Made by a program: the position numbers and the translations under genes. The notes beneath the pieces are model-generated. The model worked only from the letters and a program-made list of their open reading frames with translations. It did not search any database and was not told where the DNA came from. From Escherichia phage vB_EcoM_LNA2, in sequence record MZ311865.1: a stretch of 64,000 nucleotides of DNA; one strand, 5' to 3'. Positions 33,524 to 44,259 of this stretch are shown piece by piece; within the stretch, counting starts at the first letter, position 1, and the number at the start of each line of letters is the position of its first letter.

Positions 33524-34276
33524 ATGGCTAATATAATTCGTTGTAAATTACCGGATGGTGTTCATCGTTTCAAGCCGTTCACCGTAGCGGATTATAGAGA
33601 CTTTTTACTAGTTAGAAATGATATCGAACATCGTTCGCCACAAGAACAAAAAGAAATAATTGCCGATCTGATTGATGATTATTTTGGCGAGTACCCTAAA
33701 ACATGGCAACCATTTATATTCCTGCAAGTTTTTGCAGGCTCTATAGGCAAAACAAAAGTTCCCGTTATTTTCACTTGCCCTAAATGCTCTAAAGAAAAAA
33801 CTGCACCATTTGAGATATATCAAAAAGAACTAGTCGAACCTGAACTTGATGTTGCTGGTATAAAAATACGTTTTTCTTTCCCTGAAAAGTTTTATGACAA
33901 CAAGGCATTAATGATAAGTGAAAACATAAAAGAAATATATTATAATGACGAATGGTACCCATGGAATGATTTGACTGAAGAGAACCAAATCCAAGTAATA
34001 GAAGCAATAGACATTGACTCGCTCGAGAAGGTTATTGCTTCTATGAATCCTATTAATTTGACCCTTAGATTAGGATGTTGTGAACGACATGTTAAAACAT
34101 ATACTGATATCTTAGAGGTTTTTAAATTGTTAGTTAACCCTGATGAGATTTTTACATTCTATCAGATAAACCATTCACTGGTAAAGAGTCAATACACATT
34201 GGATTCTATTATGCAAATGATTCCTGTTGAACGTGGTATTGCTTTAACATTAGTAGAAAAGGACCATAAAAAATGA
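33524..34276 (+). CDS. 51: Baseplate hub assembly catalyst gp51
   Basis: 250 aa; T4 synteny; RBS AAGGAG and late promoter. Confidence 0.92.
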   Translation: MANIIRCKLPDGVHRFKPFTVADYRDFLLVRNDIEHRSPQEQKEIIADLIDDYFGEYPKTWQPFIFLQVFAGSIGKTKVPVIFTCPKCSKEKTAPFEIYQKELVEPELDVAGIKIRFSFPEKFYDNKALMISENIKEIYYNDEWYPWNDLTEENQIQVIEAIDIDSLEKVIASMNPINLTLRLGCCERHVKTYTDILEVFKLLVNPDEIFTFYQINHSLVKSQYTLDSIMQMIPVERGIALTLVEKDHKK

Positions 34277-35445
34277 AAGTATTCCAACGTCCAGGATATC
34301 CTAACTTAAGCGTTAAATTATACCAAGATTATTCGGCTTGGCAAGAAAATAGATACGTTGAACTCGCGGCAACAATAACAACTTTAACCATGCGAGATTC
34401 GCTATATGGAAGAAATGAAGGGATTCTTCAATTTTATGACACTAAAAACATCCACACTAAAATGGACGGTAGACAGATAGTTCAAATCTCTGTTTCAAAT
34501 TCAAACACACCTCTCCAAGTTAGAACTCGAATTTATGGATGTAGACATTATTCTGTGTCTGTGGACTCAAAAGGTGACAATATTATTGCAATTGAGCTTG
34601 GAACAATACATTCTATAGAGAACCTTAAATTTGGGCGACCATTCTTCCCGGACGCAGGCGAATCTATACGTGAAATGTTAGGTGTCATATACAAAGACCG
34701 TGCGTTAATTACTCCGCCAATAAACACTATTAATGCTTATGTTCCTGATATTCCTTGGACAAGCACATTTGATGATTATTTGGCATATGTCAGAGAATTA
34801 GGACTTGCTACAGCGAGTGATAAGTTCGTATTCGTATGGCAAGATATTTTAGGCGTAAACATGATTGACTATGATACTCTTATTGGTCAGGAAGGCATTA
34901 AGATGATTGTAGGCGAGCCAAATACTGTAGGTCAGTATATTCAAGAGCTTGAGTATCCATTAGTATGGGATTTCACCTGGATGACTAAAGCTAACCAATT
35001 TACAAGAGACCCTATTAAAAACGCCACGATATTCGCTCATTCATTTTTAGATACATCTATTCCGGTTATTGTTACAGGCGATGGTGATAACGCTATTCTT
35101 GTGTCAAGATCTGGTGGATATTCCGAAATGACCTATCGTAATGGATTTGAAGAAGCAAGTCGTCTTCAGACAATGGCTCAATATGACGGATATGCTAAAT
35201 GCACTACTACAGGTAATTTTAACATAACGCCTGCTACTAAAATTATATTTGTTGACCAAAAGAACCAATTCAAATCCGAATTTTACGTAGATGAAGTTAT
35301 TCATGAGTTATCAAATAACAACTCACAAACTCATCTGTACATGTTTACCAACTCAATGGTGTTAGAACCTGTTAACCCAGTTAAGGTTAAAAATGAACTT
35401 AAATCTGATTCTACCTCTAAAGAAAATAATTCTACCACAGTCTAA
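34273..35445 (+). CDS. 27: Baseplate hub protein gp27
   Basis: 390 aa; T4 synteny. Confidence 0.93.
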   Translation: MKVFQRPGYPNLSVKLYQDYSAWQENRYVELAATITTLTMRDSLYGRNEGILQFYDTKNIHTKMDGRQIVQISVSNSNTPLQVRTRIYGCRHYSVSVDSKGDNIIAIELGTIHSIENLKFGRPFFPDAGESIREMLGVIYKDRALITPPINTINAYVPDIPWTSTFDDYLAYVRELGLATASDKFVFVWQDILGVNMIDYDTLIGQEGIKMIVGEPNTVGQYIQELEYPLVWDFTWMTKANQFTRDPIKNATIFAHSFLDTSIPVIVTGDGDNAILVSRSGGYSEMTYRNGFEEASRLQTMAQYDGYAKCTTTGNFNITPATKIIFVDQKNQFKSEFYVDEVIHELSNNNSQTHLYMFTNSMVLEPVNPVKVKNELKSDSTSKENNSTTV

Positions 35446-35926
35446 TAAAAAGGTAATGATTCCTAAATTAGGGCTCAAACATTATAATCTTTTAAAGGAC
35501 GTTAAAGGCCCTGATGAAAACATGAAAATCTTAGCTGATTCTATTTGTAAAAATATGAGTCCCGCAGATTTTGATTTTGCATGTCTACACATATTGGAAT
35601 TTAATAACAAACTTAAGTCTGAAGTTGAAAAAGATGGATTCACTTATAAACTAGATGACGTCTATGTATGCCAACGAACAGAATTCCAATTTCAAGGTAA
35701 TACTTTTTATTTTAGACCCCCAGGCAAATTTGAACAATTCGCTACAATCAGTGAAATGCTATCAAATTGCTTAATAAAAGTTAATGACGAAGAGAAAGAA
35801 ATTTCTTTCCTTGAGATGCCTGCTTTTGTAATCAAATGGGCAGAAGACCTTTCGACAACTATTGCTATTCCGGGCCCTAATGGTCCTATTAAGGGTATAG
35901 CAGAAATTATTGGATTGCTTGAATGA
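35393..35926 (+). CDS. 28: Baseplate hub distal protein gp28
   Basis: 177 aa, same as T4 gp28; overlaps gene 27 end. Confidence 0.9.
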   Translation: MNLNLILPLKKIILPQSNKKVMIPKLGLKHYNLLKDVKGPDENMKILADSICKNMSPADFDFACLHILEFNNKLKSEVEKDGFTYKLDDVYVCQRTEFQFQGNTFYFRPPGKFEQFATISEMLSNCLIKVNDEEKEISFLEMPAFVIKWAEDLSTTIAIPGPNGPIKGIAEIIGLLE

Positions 35927-37695
35927 AACCTGAAGAAATGAAATCCATGCGTAGAAATAAGGTCATTGCCGATAATAAACCACAAAAAGTAGCTGCAACA
36001 GCAGCTACCGATTCATTAGAAGCATTGAATGACATTTCATCAAAACTAGACGATGTCCAAGCCGCGTCTGAACTCACATCACAAAGTGTAGAAGATAAAG
36101 GCAATGGAATTATTGAATCAATTGGAGACTTAAAGAATTCGACAGATAATACTGCTGAAGGCACAGAGCTTATCGCAGAAGTTATTGAAAAACAAACTGA
36201 AGTCACTAAAAGTATAAACGAAGTTTCTAGTGCAATAAGCTCTAAGTTAGACCGATTAGCTACATTATTAGAGCAAAAATTACAAGCATCTACCGCTATT
36301 CAAAATACAGGAGGCACCTCTCTTGAAGTAATTGAGAACGCGATACCTGTTAAAGTGGTTGAGAATGAAACTTCTGATGAGTTGTTTAAAGCATTACCTA
36401 CACCTGAAAAGATTGATAATAAGCCAGACGAAGATTTCTTCCCAACACCGGTTCAAGAAAGTGCTAATTCTACTTCCGATTCTAAAGGCGGAATTAGCTT
36501 TAAATTGAGCGATAAAATTGCAATGCTCACCAAAACAGTTCAAACCGGGTTTAATAAATCAATATCAATTTCAGACAGAATTGCTGGAATGCTTTTCAAA
36601 TACACTATAACAGCTGCTATTGAAGCAGCAAAAATGGCCGCACTTATTCTTGGTATTGTTATCGGTATTGATTTATTGATAGTCCATTTCAAATATTGGA
36701 CAGACAAGTTCACTTCTGCCTGGGATTTATTTGATGAAAACTTTACTAAATTCTCCGATGAAGCTAAAGAGTGGGGTAAATTCTTAAGCGATATATTCAC
36801 CTCTGTTGACTCGATAAAACAATTATGGGAAGCTGGAGACTGGGGTGGTTTAACCGTTGCTATTGTCAAAGGTGTAGGAACAGCATTAATGAACTTAGGT
36901 GAACTAATTCAATTAGGAATGGCTAAACTCTCCGCGTCTATATTGCGTGCTATAGGTTTTGGCGATACGGCGGACGAAATAGAAGGACGTGCTTTAGAAG
37001 GATTCCAAGAAACTACTGGGAACAAATTAAAGAAAGAAGACCAAGAGAAAGTCGCTAAATATCAAATGAAGCGTGACGATGGGGAATTAGGAACCGTTTC
37101 TAAAGGTCTTGATATGTTACAACGCGGCAAAACATTCGTTACTAACTGGGTTCGTGGTAATGACAATAAAGAAGAGTTTAGTACAAGCGATGAGCGTGCT
37201 GCGGAATCAGCAAAATTAAAAGAGCTACCTGAAGAGGAGCGTAAAGAGGCATATATAAAAGCTAATGAAACTCGTGCGGCACTGGTTAGATTTGAGGATT
37301 ATATCGATAAAATCGATATGACTAATCCGGAAAATGCTAAAAACGTCGAGAAGTCTTATGCTGATTTAAGTAAACTTATTAAAGACCCTGAACTTAATAA
37401 AACTCCTGTTGTTAAAAAGGAAATAGACGCTAGATTTGAAAAGCTAAATAATAAAATGGCTGAAGCCAAAAAGGCTCAGACAACAGTTAAGCCTGAATCT
37501 TCGTCTAAATCTCCAGAAGCAAAACAAGTTCAGTCAATAGAGAAAGGACGTGCTTCTGAATCTAAACAACAGCAACCGGTAGCGGCGATTAGTAACACAA
37601 ATAATGTCGTCAAAAAGAATACCGTAGTCCAGAATATGACCCCTGTAACAAGTACAACGGCTCCTGGAATTTTCCATGCCACCGGTGTTAATTAA
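35923..37695 (+). CDS. 29: Baseplate hub / tail length determinator gp29
   Basis: 590 aa, same as T4 gp29; T4 synteny. Confidence 0.93.
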   Translation: MKPEEMKSMRRNKVIADNKPQKVAATAATDSLEALNDISSKLDDVQAASELTSQSVEDKGNGIIESIGDLKNSTDNTAEGTELIAEVIEKQTEVTKSINEVSSAISSKLDRLATLLEQKLQASTAIQNTGGTSLEVIENAIPVKVVENETSDELFKALPTPEKIDNKPDEDFFPTPVQESANSTSDSKGGISFKLSDKIAMLTKTVQTGFNKSISISDRIAGMLFKYTITAAIEAAKMAALILGIVIGIDLLIVHFKYWTDKFTSAWDLFDENFTKFSDEAKEWGKFLSDIFTSVDSIKQLWEAGDWGGLTVAIVKGVGTALMNLGELIQLGMAKLSASILRAIGFGDTADEIEGRALEGFQETTGNKLKKEDQEKVAKYQMKRDDGELGTVSKGLDMLQRGKTFVTNWVRGNDNKEEFSTSDERAAESAKLKELPEEERKEAYIKANETRAALVRFEDYIDKIDMTNPENAKNVEKSYADLSKLIKDPELNKTPVVKKEIDARFEKLNNKMAEAKKAQTTVKPESSSKSPEAKQVQSIEKGRASESKQQQPVAAISNTNNVVKKNTVVQNMTPVTSTTAPGIFHATGVN

Positions 37696-37703
37696 GGATT
37701 ATT

Positions 37704-38813
37704 ATGATTAGTGTAAAAGAAATAGTAGTAGATGCAAAGGATTTAAATAAAGCAATCCCAGTCTCAGAAAGTGCTGGGCAAAGCACTAAAACCGAAACAA
37801 CTACTAAAACTTATGTTGCTCAATTTCCTACAGGAAGAGCAGCCGGAAATGACTCCACAGGAGACTTCCAGGTAACAGACCTTTATAAGAATGGATTATT
37901 ATTTACCGCGTACAATATGTCTGCACGCGATTCAGGATCCCTCAGGAATTTACGTCCGGCATACGCCGGGACTTCATCTAATGGTATCATATCAGATTTA
38001 ACCGATAATGTGAAAGATGCAGTGACTAAATTCTCAAACGGATTGCTTCCTGCTGGAGCTAATAAATCTACCATAAATAAAACTCCTGTTGCCAATATCC
38101 TTTTGCCACGTTCCAAATCTGACGTTGATACAACTTCACATCGTTTTAATGATATCGGTGATAGTCTTATTACTAAAGGTGGAGGTACTGCTACGGGTGT
38201 TTTAAGTAACATTGCTTCTACTGCAGTCTTTGGTGCATTAGATTCTATTACCCAAGGGCTTATGGCTGATAATAACGAACAGATTTATACGACTTCTCGT
38301 AGTATGTATGGTGGTGCTGAGAACCGTACTAAAGTCTTTACATGGGATTTAACTCCGCGTTCAACTGAAGACCTTATGGCTATTATAAACATTTACCAGT
38401 ATTTTAACTATTTCTCATATGGTGAGACAGGTAAATCACAATACGCCCAAGAGATTAAAAGTTATTTAGACGAATGGTACCGTTCAACGTTTATTGAGCC
38501 TATGACACCAGATGATGCAGTAAAAAATAAGACATTGTTTGAAAAGATTACTGCGTCATTAACAAATGTATTAGTTGTAAGTAACCCTACAATTTGGATG
38601 GTTAAAAACTTTGGTTATACATCTAAATTTGACGGGTTAACTGATGTATTTGGCCCATGTCAAATTCAAAGCGTACGTTTTGATAAAACTCCAAATGGAC
38701 AATTTAATGGTCTCGCTGTTGCTCCTAACTTACCATCAACATTTACGTTAGAGATAACAATGCGAGAAATTATTACATTAAACCGTTCTTCACTTTATGC
38801 GGGGACTTTCTAA
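37704..38813 (+). CDS. 48: Baseplate tail-tube junction protein gp48
   Basis: 369 aa; T4 synteny. Confidence 0.92.
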   Translation: MISVKEIVVDAKDLNKAIPVSESAGQSTKTETTTKTYVAQFPTGRAAGNDSTGDFQVTDLYKNGLLFTAYNMSARDSGSLRNLRPAYAGTSSNGIISDLTDNVKDAVTKFSNGLLPAGANKSTINKTPVANILLPRSKSDVDTTSHRFNDIGDSLITKGGGTATGVLSNIASTAVFGALDSITQGLMADNNEQIYTTSRSMYGGAENRTKVFTWDLTPRSTEDLMAIINIYQYFNYFSYGETGKSQYAQEIKSYLDEWYRSTFIEPMTPDDAVKNKTLFEKITASLTNVLVVSNPTIWMVKNFGYTSKFDGLTDVFGPCQIQSVRFDKTPNGQFNGLAVAPNLPSTFTLEITMREIITLNRSSLYAGTF

Positions 38814-39775
38814 TGTACTCTTTAGAAGAATTTAATAACCAAGCTATAAATGCAGATTTCCAACGAAACAATATGTTTAGTTGTGTATTTGCTACTACAC
38901 CGTCGACCAAATCGTCTTCACTAATTTCGTCAATTGGTAGTTTTGCTTATAATAACTTAGGGTTGGATTCCGATTGGCTAGGATTAACTCAAGGTGATAT
39001 CAATCAGGGCGTAACAACCCTGATTACGGCAGGAACACAGAAATTAATTCGAAAATCAGGTATAAGTAAATATCTGATTGGAGCAATGAGTCAACGTACG
39101 GTACAAAGCTTGTTAGGTGAGTTCACAGTAGGAGCTTATCTGATAGACTTCTTCAATATGGCATATAATAATACAGGTTTAATGATTTATTCTGTAAAAA
39201 TGCCTGAGAACCGATTATCTTATGAAACGGATTTCAACTATAACTCACCGAACATCCGAATTACCGGCCGAGAAATGGACCCATTAGTAATAAGCTTTAG
39301 AATGGATTCCGAAGCATCTAACTTTAGAGCAATGCAAGACTGGGTAAACTCAGTCCAAGACCCTGTAACAGGTCTTCGCGCTTTACCACAAGACGTCGAA
39401 GCAGATATTCAGGTTAATTTACATGCGCGAAATGGTTTACCACATACCGCTGTCATGTTCACTGGTTGTATTCCTGTTAGTGTCTCTTCTCCTGAGTTAA
39501 CGTATGATGGTGATAATCAAATAACAGTTTTTGATGTAACATTTGCTTATCGCGTTATGCAATCAGGTGCTGTAAATAGACAGGCTGCTTTAGAATGGTT
39601 GGAATCAGGACTTATTAGTAGTGTTTCAGGAATGTTTGGAAATAATCAGAATGATTCTGGTCTAGGAAGTGCAGTATCAAGACTTTCTAGATTAGGTGGG
39701 ACTGCTGGAGGTGTGTCTAATATAAACACATTGACAGGTGTGGTGAATTCTGCGTCAAGAGTTTTAGGACTATAA
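38813..39775 (+). CDS. 54: Baseplate tail-tube initiator gp54
   Basis: 320 aa, same as T4 gp54; T4 synteny. Confidence 0.92.
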   Translation: MYSLEEFNNQAINADFQRNNMFSCVFATTPSTKSSSLISSIGSFAYNNLGLDSDWLGLTQGDINQGVTTLITAGTQKLIRKSGISKYLIGAMSQRTVQSLLGEFTVGAYLIDFFNMAYNNTGLMIYSVKMPENRLSYETDFNYNSPNIRITGREMDPLVISFRMDSEASNFRAMQDWVNSVQDPVTGLRALPQDVEADIQVNLHARNGLPHTAVMFTGCIPVSVSSPELTYDGDNQITVFDVTFAYRVMQSGAVNRQAALEWLESGLISSVSGMFGNNQNDSGLGSAVSRLSRLGGTAGGVSNINTLTGVVNSASRVLGL

Positions 39776-39807
39776 GAAAAAGGGAGACGTTGTCTCCCTT
39801 TAGGGGT
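39776..39807. terminator. Bidirectional terminator between gene 54 and the convergent alt.-1-like gene
   Basis: GGGAGAC-GUUG-GUCUCCC hairpin with T-rich tracts on both sides. Confidence 0.75.
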
Positions 39808-40101
39808 TTATTTACGGAATGAAAGGAATGCTGGTGCTCGGAATGGAGTATCATCTTTAGAGTATTTAACTAATACGACCATTGGTACCTCTGTTTCTAA
39901 ATGACCTGTCACTACACCGACAAAAATTTGATCAGTGTGCTCAGGGTCGCGAAAGTTTTTAAGAGGTTCCATAGCAATATGGAATGCACCTGGGAATACT
40001 CGATTCAATTCTTCAATCACAGCTTCGTTAAAAACATCATCTGCCGGGATAACATCTTCAACTACTAGTTCTTGACCATTAAAGCGAAGCATAGATTTCA
40101 T
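39808..40101 (-). CDS. Hypothetical protein (alt.-1-like position)
   Basis: Internal ATG with RBS GAGGAAAA gives 97 aa; the ORF-track 121-aa version starts inside the promoter. Confidence 0.65.
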   Translation of the reverse strand: MKSMLRFNGQELVVEDVIPADDVFNEAVIEELNRVFPGAFHIAMEPLKNFRDPEHTDQIFVGVVTGHLETEVPMVVLVKYSKDDTPFRAPAFLSFRK

Positions 40102-40130
40102 AACGTTTTCCTCATGTTGTTGATTGGATG

Positions 40131-40160
40131 ATAGTATCACACATCCATGTGTTTGTAAAC
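40131..40160 (-). promoter_or_regulatory. Early-type promoter for the alt.-1-like gene
   Basis: Minus strand GTTTAC, 18 bp, TACTAT; about 30 bp upstream of the corrected ATG. Confidence 0.55.
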
Positions 40161-42247
40161 TATCCTTGGACAAATTTAAACGGAACTGATTCTAAATCCA
40201 TTAAAGATGCTAACAATTTCAAACCTTTAGGTGCACTAGTTTTTTCTACAAATGAGGCAAAAGATACCGGCTCATCTGATTCGATTTCACCAGTCATAGC
40301 AACTACCTCGCCTGTTTCCATGAGAACATCACCATCGTAAATGACAGCTTCGTCCAACTGGTCCGAGGACATGACTTCAGCTTGAATAAATTTAAGGTTG
40401 GATTCTAAACCTGCACCGGTGTCAGATGACGCATCTGTAATTTTATTTATCTGCAAGAGAATGCCTCTAGGCAAAATAATTTCTTGCTCATTAGGGTGAT
40501 TACTCAACTGTCCTGGATAAATCACGTTAACTTTATGGGCACCATCAATAGCCCATCCAACGTTAACACGGATTTGTTCTGGTGCATGCATAGCTGTTCT
40601 TACTTGACTAGGAGAAATAGTAACACCTTCGTCATTATTATCAATGTTAAGCTCTTTGCGAACTTCTTCAGGAGCAAGTCCAAGGGCAACGTTCTCTTTA
40701 AACCCGCCGAAAATAATAGGAGCTAGTGAAGTGGAAACATAGTTTCTGAAGTAGAATACCTTATTTTTAACCATTGCTTCGTAAATAGGCATTCTGATAG
40801 ACTGGGCTCTATACAACGTTAGTCCTTCAGGTAAACGGTCTCCATTTAAAAACGCCGAATCAAGACCATCAATAGCGCGTTTAACTTCATCTTCATCTGC
40901 AACATCATAAAAATCCGGTTTATAACGGCCTAACAACATATTATTGATATCGGTATACGCAGAAGAGGCATATTCGCGAATAGCTCGTTTTTCAGCAACA
41001 GAGTATTGTTTAGGGTCCCGATTCATTGTTATATTAAAGGTGCCTCTAGCCGATTCCCGTGCATAAGTATACATCACATTAGACAAGAACGCTGATTTAC
41101 GTTGTTTCCAAGTTCTTTCAGATACTTCAGCTAAAACGTCGTCGGGCAGTTGGAAATTATCACGTCTAAAATCTTCAAACCATTCGTCTTTAATAGAGTC
41201 TGCAATTTCATTTGCAGCTTCAACAAAAGCAGCTAATGCTTTAACAGATGTTGTTTTTTCAGTTTTAATTTTCTTAGCAAACTTTTCTAAAGTTGGCTTA
41301 ATAACACTACCATAAGAAACTTCATCGGCAAATCTAAAGGATTCATCAATACGATTATAAATCTTATTTTCGATATCAGCAACTAAAGTGCCTTTTGCTG
41401 TGGACGATGCTTGGGCTAGTACGATTTCATATGCTTCAGGAAGTAATTCGGCTGTAGCTGGGCCGCTAACTTCTTTAGCAGAATTTTCGTATTTCTGGAA
41501 TAACTCACCTTCTTGACGGTCAGCTTCTAAAGATTGACTTGCTGCAATAGCACGACGAGAAATTTTAGTACGAGCAATAACAGGCTTATCTTTACGTTTT
41601 TCTTCTACAGCAGCAATAGAACCAGCGATAGCCGTTTCTTTGGTGACCATTTCGCCAGTCTTTTTACTCACATAAACTTCGCCAACATCAGAATCTACTT
41701 TCGTGTACAACTCTGTGTTAATGTTAGGGATGCCTTTAATATCTTCAATGTTAGCATTTTTACGAACCATCATCACATAGGTGTGTTTACCTGTGAATTG
41801 ATACATTGCCGACAATACTTTAAAACGACCACCGGTTTTAGTAGAAACTAAACGAGCAAGAAGAGTTTGAAGTTGTTGTCCGCGTCCTTTCAATTTCTTG
41901 GTAGGGAATCGGAACAGAACTGCATCCATACGAAGAGCTTTAACCTGTTCATATACTGTATTGAAAATGGTGTTGATTGCATCAATAGGAGCAGGACCAA
42001 GGCCATTTTTCAATTCAGCGAGATTACCCTTTTCAGACAGACTCATAATAACAACATGAGCGTATTTGTCGCCAAGTTTAACTTGTTTTACAGCATCGCC
42101 TTCAGAAAGGTAAGAGAATAAGCGAACTACGATGTTTGTATCAACATCACCAATTTTCCAGACTTGTGGAACTTTAGCTTTAGGGTTCAAATTGACGACA
42201 GGAAGACTGCCTTCAGATTCAAACACTTCATTTAATTGTTCAGACAT
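40160..42247 (-). CDS. alt: Alt ADP-ribosyltransferase (packaged RNA polymerase modifier)
   Basis: 695 aa; T4 position between 54 and 30; similar length to T4 Alt. Confidence 0.88.
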   Translation of the reverse strand: MSEQLNEVFESEGSLPVVNLNPKAKVPQVWKIGDVDTNIVVRLFSYLSEGDAVKQVKLGDKYAHVVIMSLSEKGNLAELKNGLGPAPIDAINTIFNTVYEQVKALRMDAVLFRFPTKKLKGRGQQLQTLLARLVSTKTGGRFKVLSAMYQFTGKHTYVMMVRKNANIEDIKGIPNINTELYTKVDSDVGEVYVSKKTGEMVTKETAIAGSIAAVEEKRKDKPVIARTKISRRAIAASQSLEADRQEGELFQKYENSAKEVSGPATAELLPEAYEIVLAQASSTAKGTLVADIENKIYNRIDESFRFADEVSYGSVIKPTLEKFAKKIKTEKTTSVKALAAFVEAANEIADSIKDEWFEDFRRDNFQLPDDVLAEVSERTWKQRKSAFLSNVMYTYARESARGTFNITMNRDPKQYSVAEKRAIREYASSAYTDINNMLLGRYKPDFYDVADEDEVKRAIDGLDSAFLNGDRLPEGLTLYRAQSIRMPIYEAMVKNKVFYFRNYVSTSLAPIIFGGFKENVALGLAPEEVRKELNIDNNDEGVTISPSQVRTAMHAPEQIRVNVGWAIDGAHKVNVIYPGQLSNHPNEQEIILPRGILLQINKITDASSDTGAGLESNLKFIQAEVMSSDQLDEAVIYDGDVLMETGEVVAMTGEIESDEPVSFASFVEKTSAPKGLKLLASLMDLESVPFKFVQG

Positions 42248-42275
42248 AGTGTTTTCCTTTTAGTAATAATTTATA

Positions 42276-42303
42276 TTTATGCCAAAAAGAGCCCGAAGGC
42301 TCT
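42276..42303 (-). terminator. Terminator between the 62-aa ORF and alt
   Basis: AGAGCC-UUCG-GGCUCU on the minus-strand transcript followed by UUUUUGG. Confidence 0.65.
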
Positions 42304-42491
42304 TAATCCACAATCGGGAGCAAAGTACGATAAACTTCAAAATTAGGGCCTTTTTCGTACTTATCAAAATTGTCCATAAAAATATTATAGGAATCGTTAT
42401 TAGGAAAATCTAATATAATCTGAGAGCAAGAGGTGGAAACATCTCCACCATCCTTCTTAGCTACAATAACTGTTTCTAAATAAGCTTTCAT
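42303..42491 (-). CDS. Hypothetical small protein between ligase and alt
   Basis: ATG overlaps the ligase stop (TAATG), 62 aa; ORF-track start is GTG further upstream; hairpin terminator overlaps its stop. Confidence 0.55.
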   Translation of the reverse strand: MKAYLETVIVAKKDGGDVSTSCSQIILDFPNNDSYNIFMDNFDKYEKGPNFEVYRTLLPIVD

Positions 42492-43984
42492 TATAAACCT
42501 GTCTGGGACCACGGTCCAAATACGTCTTCAAATGAATCCGCTTCTGTTTTATCAAAACGGAACCCTTTAATAATTGGAAGGAAAATACCTACAGTGCCTT
42601 CACGGCCTTTAGAATGAACCCAACCATTACATTCACAATCAGCGATACGTCCGATTAATTTACCTTCACGAGCTTCGGTCATTAATCGTTCACGGTCTAA
42701 ATCATGACGCTCGTCTAAAGGAATAAGAACCTTTACACCGTCAACTGTTTTATGAGTTGTATCTTTAAACCCTGAACCACAATCGGTTGTAATACGACGA
42801 CAACGTGATACGAGTTCGACACCACCTAATTTGTTAGGGTCTTTAGAGTGTTCATAGTATCCTACAACTTCTAAAGCGATATCAATAACTTCTTTAAATT
42901 TAATTAGGTTCTTAGAGCGTTTGTTTTCCCAATATGAATCACGGTTTTTAAGGATAATACCTTCAAGACCTTGGTCAACATATTTTTTATAAACCACTTT
43001 AGCTTCGTCAAGATTACGAACTAACTGATTTTCAATTGGCTCAATTCGCTTAAAGCCTTCAGCCATATTTTCAAGAGCAGCAAAACGAACATCGTATTTC
43101 TGACCTTTAATTTTGCCATCAGAATAGACTTCATCTAAAGGAACATAGTCCCAGGCTTGAAGAACCATACCTTCCGCTTCTTTAGGAGAAATAGTCCCTT
43201 GAAGAGATTTATTTGCTAAACCATTTGAAGTGCTACGGTCTGCAACTCGTACTTCTTCGGATTCTTCATTATCACCAAATAAGAACGATAGGTCATTTCC
43301 TGAGCTCACAGCCTTTTTAATATCAAATGAATGATAAACTAATTCACCGTCGATTAAAACCCCATTAGGGTGTCTTTCACGAGCTTCTTTAGTCATTTCC
43401 ATTAGTTCATCCGCTAATAGAGTAAGACCATGGTATTCGTTACCGGCACGAGAAAAGAATTGAACGCCATCATCGCGAACTTCAGCGAAACAACGAGCAC
43501 CATCTGCCTTTAATTGGGCAAATGCAGGCCATTTAATATTTTTAGTAATCAATTTCTCATCATATGCAGATGCTAACATCTGTGGCTGCAATTGAATAAG
43601 TCCAGGCCACACCTTATTCGCGATAGACACTGAAGCACCTACTTCAAGGTCTCGCATCATTACACGACGAAGGACTTCTACATCGTCAGGTTTACCGTCA
43701 GCGATATAACCCATGAGCTCTTTAATTGCAGCATTACCAGTGAGTTTACGAGTGGCTAATGTGAACTCAATAAAATCCAACATGTCATCTAATTCAAGAA
43801 GACCATACGCTTGAGACCTTTCACCTGGTCCTGGCCATTTCTTAATATAATACTGGATACCACGTGCATATGTTAAACGATACACACGTTCAAGTAATTT
43901 GTTGTCCTTATTTTTCTTAAGGATTTCTTGTTTTGTTTTAGTAGAACCGATCGCAGCTATTTGGTTTAAAATATCTAAAATCAT
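42491..43984 (-). CDS. 30: ATP-dependent DNA ligase
   Basis: 497 aa; N-terminus nearly identical to T4 ligase (MILDILNQIAAIGSTK...); adenylation motif AQLKADGARCF. Confidence 0.96.
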   Translation of the reverse strand: MILDILNQIAAIGSTKTKQEILKKNKDNKLLERVYRLTYARGIQYYIKKWPGPGERSQAYGLLELDDMLDFIEFTLATRKLTGNAAIKELMGYIADGKPDDVEVLRRVMMRDLEVGASVSIANKVWPGLIQLQPQMLASAYDEKLITKNIKWPAFAQLKADGARCFAEVRDDGVQFFSRAGNEYHGLTLLADELMEMTKEARERHPNGVLIDGELVYHSFDIKKAVSSGNDLSFLFGDNEESEEVRVADRSTSNGLANKSLQGTISPKEAEGMVLQAWDYVPLDEVYSDGKIKGQKYDVRFAALENMAEGFKRIEPIENQLVRNLDEAKVVYKKYVDQGLEGIILKNRDSYWENKRSKNLIKFKEVIDIALEVVGYYEHSKDPNKLGGVELVSRCRRITTDCGSGFKDTTHKTVDGVKVLIPLDERHDLDRERLMTEAREGKLIGRIADCECNGWVHSKGREGTVGIFLPIIKGFRFDKTEADSFEDVFGPWSQTGL

Positions 43985-44250
43985 TTGATGTCCTCGATTT
44001 TGGTTACGGTTCTATTATAAGCCACTTCATCTAGAAGCGATTTCAGCGTTTTCTGATAAGTGGTAATCCATTTACCGAGCCCTTCAACATAGTATTCTGA
44101 AATGTAGATGAACCCTTGTTCAACACACTCTTTAAATATTTCTGCGTCTTTTACTGAACGAAACAATGGCCAGTCTCGAAAGAACATGTTAACGTGACCG
44201 TAGTCACGTGTGGTGTTTTTGCCATCTGTAATATCATGAACTACAAACAT
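43981..44250 (-). CDS. Hypothetical protein (30.1-like)
   Basis: 89 aa ORF with ATG; overlaps ligase start. Confidence 0.7.
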   Translation of the reverse strand: MFVVHDITDGKNTTRDYGHVNMFFRDWPLFRSVKDAEIFKECVEQGFIYISEYYVEGLGKWITTYQKTLKSLLDEVAYNRTVTKIEDIK

Positions 44251-44259
44251 AAGTATCCC

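Noticed and set aside
42268-42280. Late promoter for alt in AATTTATATTTATG
   Set aside because: No exact TATAAATA on the minus strand (best match 7 of 8); left uncalled.
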